Origin: Basidiobolus ranarum
Taxonomy: Eukaryota
Assembly: GCA_040143965.1 (NCBI GenBank)
Contig: JASJQH010000062.1
Span: 1 to 35,895 of the forward strand
Length of the DNA: 35,895 nt
Direction of reading: 5' to 3'
Under the pieces are notes generated by a model. It was not told the origin of the DNA. It saw only the letters and a list, made by a program, of their open reading frames with translations, and did no database searches. The position numbers and the translations under genes are program-made. Below, one piece after another: positions 24,752 through 35,895 of the stretch (the first letter of the stretch is position 1; each line of letters begins with the position of its first letter).

Positions 24752-25300
24752 ATGAATATATCCAGTATCTCTTCAGTAACTCGTAATGCTTACACTTGGA
24801 CTAGAGGAAATTACTTTGTTAGTACAGATCCCAGAGATCTTGACCTAAATTTTGTTTATGAGCATATTAATTCCTTAAACGACAACGAGGAGCCTTTGTG
24901 TAAGACTAATTTCAAACGAATTCTAAACTTCTCTCTGTGCTTTGGCCTATTTGTCACTTTGCCCAAGGAATATGGCAGTCTTGGGATGCCCACTGTTTAT
25001 CAAATTGGATTCGCGCGAGTCGCCACCGATTACATCCGCTTGGCCTACCTATGTAATATTCATGTTTCAGAGGCTTATGAGGGGTTGCACCTTCGAGAGT
25101 GGCTTATGGAGATTGTATTGAATTACCCTGAACTTCAGAGCATCCATTGGGTCGTACGAACTGCTGACATAAAGGGAAATTTAACAAAATCTACACAGAA
25201 GAGGAGTTTAGATTCGATCAGTGAGCTTTGTCTTGTAGAGAAGAGTCTCAAAAAGTCAAGGCTAAGTAACGATTTGCTTGCTATAACAGCGGATACTTGA
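24752..25300 (+). CDS. GNAT-fold N-acetyltransferase-like protein with a degenerate acetyl-CoA motif, 182 aa, intronless
   Basis: YFVSTDPRDLD, SLCFGLF, QIGFARVATDY, AYLCNIHV, WLMEIVLNYPELQ match a recalled GNAT subfamily. First ATG is 24752 (the track start 24743 is GTG). TATAAAA at 24572. Confidence 0.8.
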   Translation: MNISSISSVTRNAYTWTRGNYFVSTDPRDLDLNFVYEHINSLNDNEEPLCKTNFKRILNFSLCFGLFVTLPKEYGSLGMPTVYQIGFARVATDYIRLAYLCNIHVSEAYEGLHLREWLMEIVLNYPELQSIHWVVRTADIKGNLTKSTQKRSLDSISELCLVEKSLKKSRLSNDLLAITADT

Positions 25301-25941
25301 CTCAGCCTTCCAAGAGCATGTATTGCTCCCCTTGTCAAATATACAGCATTCTGACATCCGTTGACGCGACCAAAATATATATGTGCCTCTTTCCACTTCT
25401 GTCTCAATTAAGAATTTCACTTGGTCACTATCAGAATCAACTTCTTTCACTTTCAGAAGCTTTCATGTACAAGAAGACTATTTATTCGAGTAAAAGCTTC
25501 TCTGTTGAAATCCTGAAACGCATACACATGTATAATAAATCAACAATTTTGTGAAAACTAATGGAATTCGGAATCTTGTCAAGAATGGTATATTTGCTGT
25601 ATCTTCAATAGATTGTCACATTGAATCGAATCCAGTATTCTATAGGTAGCGATTCCTTTTAGAGCTATCCATGCTTCAAGAAAGGTAAGTACCGTTTCTC
25701 AGCAGGAGAAATACTGTAGAACTGAGTCATTAACACTTAATATAGGTTCCCCAAAAAGCCTTGTATTCTCCGCATTCTTATTATAAAAACTCTATTTTAT
25801 GGCCAATAAATCATCTCCGATAATAAACTTAGAGAATAGAGTGGCGGTGAACAGGGTAGGAGTCATGACCAATATCGACCAGTAAGTTTCATTTATGAGG
25901 AGCAGGTAATATATGGTTTCAGCGACAGTAAATTATATTTA

Positions 25942-26019
25942 ATGTGTTGCTTATTCAGTAAAATGAGATGAATGGATTCCATGTGTTGCTTATTCAGTAA
26001 AACGAGATGAATGGATTCC
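25942..26019 (+). repeat. Tandem duplication, 2 x 39 bp with 1 mismatch
   Basis: ATGTGTTGCTTATTCAGTAAAA(T/C)GAGATGAATGGATTCC at 25942-25980 and 25981-26019. Confidence 0.97.
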
Positions 26020-26364
26020 CACATTTACCACATTCTCCGAACCCATAAAAGTTTATCAGAGGAATTTCACTTTCTGGCTGATAATTACGTGAAAGATGAA
26101 TTTAGACGACATGAGGATATGGCTTATAAGAATTTGAAGAGATTTGTAGCCGAATGGCATCAATATCTATACGATTTGCAAGCTCAAACTAATACAGAGT
26201 CGACCGAAGATAAACGACTAGGAAAGAAGCTAGATTCTAGTGCTTTAGATAAAATGAACGATGCCATGATAGAACGTCTATGGGACTTACGTACCGAGAT
26301 CAAGAGTCCTATAGCTACAACAGAAATCCAACAAGATGACTTGAGTAAACACCATGATGGTTAG
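26011..26364 (+). pseudogene. SDH7: SDH7/ACN9 (SDHAF3, LYR family)-like sequence; N-terminally damaged or divergent copy
   Basis: ILRTHKSL..E..FLADNYVKDEFRRH...FVAEW..Y...LGKKL...LDKMND matches Sdh7/ACN9. The LYR motif is altered, there is no presequence, and an in-frame TGA directly precedes the ATG. Confidence 0.65.
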
Positions 26365-28346
26365 CCTTGCTGAATTAGCGTATTTATACAGTCTTCCCGG
26401 AGCACATTTTGGCCTCTATTATGAAGTACCTTTGCTGTACTGAAAAGCTTCCCGTTTCTGTGCATAATTTAAACTACACTTAATTATATCTGTGATAATG
26501 GATCAAATCTAGTATACTGCTTAAAATAAATACTTTACATGCAGTCTAGATGAAATCGTCAACATTGAGTGGGCATGTAATAACCATGGTTGATCAAACG
26601 GTCGTATTGATTTCGCAATTGTCAAATTTCGATAGACATCCAAAACCAAAGTCGTATTATTATTAGCATGACCTACGATTCTGGAGAATAATACAGATTT
26701 TAGTGCTCTAGTGAATTTGGAAAACTCTTGATTAAATCTATATTTAACATCATCTAATCCGAGGGAAAAAATGAACGTGCCGTTGGGGCTGAAGGTTCAT
26801 AGAAATCTATCTTACAGTAAGCAATGAATCAGAGGATAAAGATATCGCTTGACTGAATATACTAACAAAGTAACGAATCATTGCTGCTCAATGGAATTTT
26901 AATCTATATGTATTGTGAAACTAAAATCAGTTTTAACCCTCGGAAATCACAAGTGAATGTAATGTAAGAATCTGCACCAGCATGATATGTAGCAATTGCT
27001 ACAAGCTTTTATTGCTTTCTCTTGCGTCTTAGGCAACACAGACGATTGATATTTTCTGAGTTCATCTGGAGCATTAGTCGTGTTATGACCTGGAGTTGTG
27101 TTCTTCTTTGTGGCCGAGTTCTCTAGAGCTTCTACGAGCCATGGCGTGAGGAATTAGATAAATCATCTCAGTGACACGGTTCAATATTAGCCTCATTTAA
27201 GGTGCTTTAAATCTGCATTCCAAATGCTTCATGTATAGCTCTCGAATCGTTAATATAAACACATGTGGTTCAAACCAGGATGATCAGCATCCAAAAATAA
27301 CATCTGTACTATGTAAGCGGATTACTCGCACAGCACATACATATTGTTATCCCACAGCTGCAAGCGCATCAAATTGTGAAACAATTATGAAGTGTACAAT
27401 CATACCCTGTAGCTAGTAGAATGGGTGTAGCCCTCCTACCCCCGCAACACCACAAATTGGCTCCAAGTTAGAGTGCGCCTAAACAAGTTTCTAAAGCACA
27501 TAATTCCCAGGTCACAACAATTCATTACTGAAATATCGCTAATAAATATACAATCAAGTAGTCTATTAGGTGTTTGGACCCCGTACCAGTTTTCATCAGT
27601 AATCAACTGGTTCTGGCATCTCAAAGGCAACCAATCTGTCCAATGAGACTTCACGCACATAATACATCTCTATGTTGTATCGGTTACATTATATCCTGAA
27701 AGCTGCTCAAACTCCTCGGTGTCTTATTTGCCAGTGGCCTACCTTTAACACTCAAACGAGGTGCTGACACATAATCAGCGCAATAACACTTGGCTTGTTG
27801 ATGATTTCGGTTGATGTAGTTTGCCAATCGAAATATAATGCAGGTGAACCAACTTTATGTCGCATAGTAGAGAGAGGTGACAATAAACGATGGCATAGTA
27901 CATATTTTCGCCCTTAATGATTAATCATTGAGCTCCTTTAATCTGCACCTGCCTTATTTTTTTCTTTCTACAAATTTTTTCTCGCACCTGCTACCATCAA
28001 TATATTATCACGATGCCATCAGATCACCTGATCATTTTTAATCTGGTCAATTCGACGCATTGTATCAGCCAACTACCTACTTGACATTAAACCCCACATC
28101 CATTATTCTTTCTTCACTTTGTTCCTTAGATATAGCTCAGCAATACTAAATAAACTTTATCATCCCTATCGCTCAATACTTTTCCAAGGCTCCTTCGGAT
28201 TTAGTGAAAAATTATTAAGAAACACTTGCAGTACAGCCTATTCATCCTCAGGTTCCTCATCTCTCATATAGTTATCATCTCTTCAAGTATTTCATCATCC
28301 ACCGATTCAACTTGTAGAAGTTCAGCAACCTAATCTTTTACATACT

Positions 28347-29732
28347 ATGAGGGAGTCCAACTTTTCCTTTCCTAATCAAAACCGTGCTTGTGTGACTATA
28401 ACCTCAGCCCTATATGACCGTCGAGCCCTGGATTGTACTGCTGTTTTACCATTGATCAATTCGTTGTCTCATCTTATATAACTAACTACCACATCTCCGA
28501 GCATAAGAGACATTATGACCAAAGATGGTGGACTGGAGCGCCTAATCCGTATTTTAAAGACGACCAGGATAGACGACAAGAGGATGGCCTGGATCTGGTC
28601 TATGGCTTTTCAGTGCGTCGTAAATGTCGGTGTAAGAGGGACAGAGACCATTCGTTGTCGTGTTGTAGATGCAGGCATGGTTGAAGTCGTTATTCACATA
28701 TTGAAACATTTTCTCAAAGCTCTTGAAAGAGTTAAAACTGAGAAAGACAAGGAAACACATACTTTATCCAGTACTCTTATGAACGAAAATTCTTTCGACA
28801 ATAATGTTTCGGTTCCTTCCATCGATAATAATACTGAACCACAAATTGAAGATCCTTCTCACCAAAGTGGCGCACAGCATGCTGACATGACTGGAGTGAT
28901 ACGTCGACAAGAGCTGAATAATATGCCATTGATTCGACGCAGTTTGCCTTCTCTTCGTCGCACATTGGTCTCCCAACAACTTCAAAATGGTGAGACTGAG
29001 AATGCTGATAATCTTGCTTTCCCCTCACTTTTGACACAGTCTACTAATACAGCTGCGACAGTTATTCCAGATATGGATACAAATCCAGATACAAGCGATT
29101 CTCAACCAACATCTCCTGCTCCACCTGATTACCAGCACCAAACTAGTAATAGTACTACTGAGATGACCATTCCACTGGAGCATGCACCACTTGAAGAGAC
29201 TTCTGCTCATTCCAACTTGGGCTCTAGCAACATCTCCACAGATATAGTAGAAGAGGTACTATATAGAGAAGAAGACATCCTTCTTTCTCTCCAACTGTTG
29301 GCTTACGTCTCAAAATATCCACACCTTCGACAACGCCTCCATACAGAATTCGAATGTAACATCTTTGGCTTGGTCGAAAAGTTCACCAGCAGAGGGCATA
29401 CTGCAGAAATACAATGCTGGGCTTCTATCATTATGCGAAATGCTTGCCGTAAAGATGAATCCAGAGGAGGTATCAGACAATGTGCAAATATGACTTGCGG
29501 GAAGTGGGAAAGGTACCCTAGAGAGTTTTCAAAGTGTAGACGATGTCGTAAGGCCAAGTACTGCTCTAAGGCATGTCAATCTAAAGCTTGGTCAGACGGC
29601 CATCGCTACTGGTGTGTAGAGAGACACTCCGAGCCAAACACCGGCTCAATTACGACTTCTCAACCTCATTCTCAAGACCTATCATTACTCCAACAAAATG
29701 CCGGACCAACACCCACTCCTATGATGCCGTAA
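28347..29732 (+). CDS. MUB1: MYND-type zinc-finger protein SamB/Mub1, 461 codons, interrupted by an in-frame TAA at 28479-28481
   Basis: From ATG 28347: MRESNFSFPNQNRACVTITSALYDRRALDCTAVLPLINSLSHLI*LTTTSPSIRDIMTKDGGLERL. Later FQCVVNVGVRG, LQLLAYVSKY, IMRNACRKDESRGGIRQCA and an intact MYND finger (CRRCRKAKYCSKACQSKAW...HRYWC). Confidence 0.92.
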
Positions 29733-31452
29733 GGTTAAAAGCGTAATTAGGTCATAATTATCTTTGGGATACGCTTCTTGGAATACCAAACATTCCCATT
29801 TCCACGCTTTATTTTTTCTTACTGTAAACAACCATGTACAACATTGTTTTTCTGAGCTCCTTCAACACAACAGTCTTCTTCCGTATAGACACTCACTGGA
29901 TTAGTTTGAACTATTTTCGCGCATAAACTAGTTCATCTTGAATCTTACTGAAGTCCTTAAAGTTTTTCCTTTCGCAACCGAGTAATAATCGGAACATTTT
30001 TGCTCTTCTGAAGCAACCGAATTGTATCCTATTCCCTTGTTGATACTACACATACCACACACTAGTCTCCGAATTTTTACTCTCCACTTATTTATCCAAT
30101 TGAATTATCACCACTATGCAAGCCAATTCATTTGATGATTTCAATGAGTGAGGAGTAGTACTGGTGGTATTTGTTAGAAACCTTCTACCACAAACATTTA
30201 TTGTTATCCACTAATTTTTACTTGCTTCAACCTGGGGATACATGAATTATTTTTGGATGTAAACCATTGGAATTGCAAGAAACCACTAAATATATTTAAT
30301 ACTAAGAAAGTCCCAGTTGATTGTATTCTATTGAGATTATTTACCGAATTTTTGGCAATCCATTCAGATTATCATAAAGGCTTACCTTTGATTTGAAGGT
30401 TGTTAGATGTTGATAATCCATTGGAATCTAGTGTGGCTTAGACGATTATCTAAAATTAAATCAACCGTGTTACTGGTAGGCGTAGGTGCAGTTTGGCTTG
30501 TATATGATGATGTATGCGAAATTTCGTATTCATCTTATGGTGCTTTTAGCACTATCTTGCATCCAGTTTCATCCAGCACTTGCGCTGAAGAAAGTTACAC
30601 CCCGATCAATCAAAACGCAATAGAAAGTTATATATATAGGAAGGGCGATCAATCGATCGTGATCAATGGCATGCTTCAGGGGGGGGGGACGAATGGTTAG
30701 GAACGGAACGAGATCTATATGCATAAACCAATCTAAGAGATATCAGCAAACATTTTCTTGAGAAATATAATATTACCCACCTTTGGATATTCTAATTCTT
30801 GGTTCTTGGAACCCGAAATGAAGACCACTCTTTTAGAAACTTGATTGATGCAAACTTCCTAAGGGGCTTCGGGATCTTCGGGATCTGTGAGTGAAACTTA
30901 ATGAAGCCATGCTTCATCCCTTAGCTTGATCTGAATGGATTGCTGGGCCGCATTAACTGAGTTAACTGAAGTATCGTAGTAAGACATTCAGTATTATTAC
31001 TAGTGTACTTCCAACAATAATATTTACTTTATTTTGGTCCATTCCGAGTGATTCGAATGGATTCAACCTTGCAGTGATGTTATTGCTCTCGGAGCTAGTC
31101 TAGGCATTGCCTATGCATGGATTGGAACTAGATGTCGGTAGGTGGATAATTGAGTTGCGTTTTTTTAGATTACCGCTATCCAACAACATGCATTCAGTTT
31201 TGTCGGACTCAAAGCTAGTATTCATTCATATGTTAAACGTAAGTCATACTGATGCTATCAAAGAAAGGAATACTTTCGTGGCTATGGATACCATCGAAAT
31301 CGGATCTCAAAATGAATATTCCATTTTAGTCAAGAGAAGTGACCTTGTTCAATATGGACATAAAATAGATTTGAAAAATAGTTGATTGATCGTAGTTTAT
31401 CTACATTTAAAAGGAAATAATGTCATGTAGGTGATATAAGTTTCAATAATTA

Positions 31453-33079
<1,627 letters not shown>

Positions 33080-34312
33080 CACAGTTGTGAGATTCAAAGT
33101 GGAAGATTCAATTAAAGCGTACAAGCACTAGGAATCGCTCGACGATAAAGAGGCTACTCAAAGAAACGGAATAAATGAGATGGAAAGATATTTACACCCT
33201 TTATACAAATGATGAGATCACCTGAGAAGGTCTATTAGCCCCAAACGTCTTACCACGTATATTCTTCCCATCCGAATAAATCCAGGAGGCAGATACTTTC
33301 TGGATCACGTTCAATTGAGAATTGCCAATTTGAATCTCTGTACATACCAATAGTCATATTTGTAGTGGTAACTCCAAATTTAGTTAATACCGAATTTAGT
33401 CCCAAGAAGCGAAATTACCATGATTTATTTCTGCATCGCCATCAATATTATCACCAACGATCCATTTCAGATCGCGAATATGGCTTTTACGTGGTATGGC
33501 TCATAGTGAGCAATTCATGTCAATAAAATTGGTATTCAAAGTGACTAAATGTGAGTAAACAAGTATCAGAAGCATGACTGCTTTGTGATTTCAAGCAGTT
33601 GTACTCTTCAGTGAATACGAATGGATTACCCTTACTTCCATTCCATCACACTAAAGCCGGTTCATCTTCTCATTTTAAATCCAATACTGAATAATTCAAG
33701 TTGATGCTAATAAGCGATCGTTGAGCCCTTTGAAGGGTAACAGAAGGGTTACATTACCCACGCTATGTTGATCATTTCATTTGAATGCACCGTTGAGAAC
33801 CGCCCAAATGCCCGGCTCTAATCAGAACAGTCCGGAAGCAAGAAAATGTAAAGAGCAATACTTATTGTACACAAGATATTTTTGGAACATTCTCACAAGC
33901 TCGCTATATTGACAATTGCTACCTTAGATTTGAATGCATTCTGAAATCGGGAAACTTTCTCACATATCTCTGGTTCAATCGAATATTATGTGAGAAATAT
34001 ACTTGAATTGCTATATTTGGCTGAAGTGTGTAGGATATAACAACATTAAGTGCATGAAGAGAACGTATTGCGTTGTGATGGTTGAATACGTTCATATATA
34101 AGTAGGATGTGTTCGTTTTATATTTTCCTGCAAACATCATATTCATTTAAAATAGCTCATAAATACGAGTTTAATAGAACTTTGGACGATTGTAAAATGT
34201 AGCAAAAACTTTATAGATGTGTTCGGAACATAAACTGCTATGATCAATCAATGATCAGTTTTTAAAGGACATCGACAAGAATGGCTGTTAAGTGATGTAA
34301 ACCAAGTGATAC

Positions 34313-35149
34313 TTATTGGTCGCTGTCACCGGAATCATCCTTCTTCTTCCCTTTCTTTTTGTCCTTCTTACTTTTCTTTTTATCCGAGCTGGAGGAGCTG
34401 TCATCTCCACTACTATCGCTAGAGGAACTATCGGAGCTGTGGGTCTTCTTGGAGCTTTTGCCACTGGATGTACTAGTAGCAGTAGATGGATCGAGAGTCA
34501 CATCTAACGGAAATCCTGTTGAGGTAGGGGCTGGTGCTGGGGCAACTGCAGTTGCTACAGGTGGAGTAGCGTATGGATTTGCAGAGGGTTGTTGTGGCGG
34601 AGTTTGAGGTGGATAATTTGGTGGATAATATGGCGAATAGTAGGGGGGATAGTACGCTGGTGCTGGTGGATAATTTCCATTTTGTGGCTGAGGAGGATAG
34701 CTAGGAGGCATCGACTGTTGAGGTGGATAGTTACCATTCTGCGGCATGGATTGCTGGGGTGGATAACTTCCACTGGGGATGGGGGACTGCTGAGGTCCAG
34801 AGCTGACTACAGGATTTTGCGTAGGATAAGCCAAGCTAGGTTGGTTTGCGATTCCAGTAGATGAGGGTGCTTGCTGACCGCCACCTCCAGTAGTTGCCAT
34901 TGGACCAGGGGGCCCTGCGGGTTTAGTGAATAGCCAACCGAGATTATCTCCTCCATCGCTGCTACTCTTGTCGCTACTATCATCGGAACTATCGCTTGAC
35001 TTGGAATCCTTTTTGCTAGATTTGTCTTTCTTCAAGTTCATTATTGCACCGCTTAGTGAAGTGCTCTCAGAGTCGATAGGATAACCAGATCCTATCTGAA
35101 GAAGAGAGATGGAGAGAATCGCTAGAAGAACGATTGAATACTGATGCAT
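34313..35149 (-). CDS. Secreted low-complexity protein, 278 aa: signal peptide, Lys/Ser/Asp-rich ends, Pro/Gln/Tyr-rich core with YPP repeats
   Basis: Signal-like MHQYSIVLLAILSISLLQIGSG; long ORF with higher GC than the flanks; TATAAAAA at 35220-35213. Confidence 0.85.
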   Translation of the reverse strand: MHQYSIVLLAILSISLLQIGSGYPIDSESTSLSGAIMNLKKDKSSKKDSKSSDSSDDSSDKSSSDGGDNLGWLFTKPAGPPGPMATTGGGGQQAPSSTGIANQPSLAYPTQNPVVSSGPQQSPIPSGSYPPQQSMPQNGNYPPQQSMPPSYPPQPQNGNYPPAPAYYPPYYSPYYPPNYPPQTPPQQPSANPYATPPVATAVAPAPAPTSTGFPLDVTLDPSTATSTSSGKSSKKTHSSDSSSSDSSGDDSSSSSDKKKSKKDKKKGKKKDDSGDSDQ

Positions 35150-35212
35150 AGCGAGATATACTAGTGGAGTAGATTGCTAATTGAATACTGTCTGATTGAC
35201 ACTGCTACAGGT

Positions 35213-35220
35213 TTTTTATA
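35213..35220 (-). promoter_or_regulatory. TATA box of the secreted Pro-rich gene
   Basis: TATAAAAA on the minus strand about 64 nt before ATG 35149. Confidence 0.5.
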
Positions 35221-35895
35221 CCAAATGTATCTTTTCTCTGGCCAACCCAAGAGCGTTTGAGACATTGATTAGAGCGCTTTTCTCTCACTGAGATCATTAA
35301 TTTTCGAAAATTTCTTTACACCAATCCAAACCACTCTCCCATTAAATTCAAATTGAACTATGGATCACTCGCAACCAATCCAGCCGATTCCCTCGTTTTG
35401 CTTGGATAATGAAGCAACTTTAATTCGTTCATCCTACCGATTTCCAAGGTACTCCATGATAATATGAAGTTGAGCTAATTATTGCCAACGAAAATCAAGG
35501 AGCCTGATGAAGAGCTATTCTAGATCGAATGGTGATTTTCGCGTGGCTACCATTCCATTGGATAATTACTTAACAGGGTCAATTATTGCATATTGACAAT
35601 ACTAAGCCTAAGGCCGTCGTTCAAGAAGTCATCGAATGTTAATACCCATGATGAAAAGGATCATTGGGTGCCTCTATGGCCAATTCAAGCCAATTAAACC
35701 GCAAGTTGACTTTTCATTAAGTGCCCTCGAATCACCTCAACAGCGCAATTAATCGCACGAAGAGTCCACACCGTTGGAGGATTTCATCATATCGCAACCA
35801 CACCAACGGGTTGCCTAATTTTATCCTCTACCCCAAGCATCGTGTTGTAGTCTAAAACATTTATCCTGGATACTTCGTGTCTTTATCAAATTAAC

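Noticed and set aside
27437-27650. Frame containing RLNKFLKHIIPRSQQF, resembling a LINE RT segment
   Set aside because: No following D(F/L)xKAFD or other RT motif; the match is too short.
28479-28481. Genome-wide TAA reassignment or A-to-I editing as the explanation for the stop
   Set aside because: MMT1, MIX17, UBA1 and MUB1 itself end in TAA at expected positions. A-to-I editing of TAA gives Trp at best, not Tyr.
28466-28501. 36-nt GT...CTAAC...AG 'intron' that would remove the MUB1 stop in frame
   Set aside because: Shorter than every other intron here (57-124 nt), poor donor GTCTCA, GAG acceptor, and it would delete conserved residues.
30407-31385. Short ORFs 30407-30700 and 31107-31385, plus a G10 run at 30679-30688
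   Set aside because: No recognisable motifs or splice structure, one has a non-ATG start; likely intergenic noise.

Overview
AT-rich fungal nuclear DNA with short GT-AG introns (57-124 nt in my models). Gene style suggests an early-diverging fungus, possibly Basidiobolus-like (inference only). Recognisable genes: mitochondrial CDF metal transporter (MMT1/2-like, 8 exons), a bacterial-type beta-helix/pectate-lyase-like protein with 4 introns (probable horizontal transfer), RTG2, an 86-aa orphan gene with a TATA box, MIX17/CHCHD2, UBA1, a degenerate GNAT-fold protein, a damaged SDH7/ACN9-like copy, a SamB/Mub1 MYND-finger gene with an in-frame TAA at codon 45, ARG8, and a secreted Pro/Tyr/Gln-rich protein. 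The stretch from about 7.7 to 15.8 kb is gene-poor and may contain decayed retroelement fragments. All calls come from hand translation and recalled motifs; no database searches were run.
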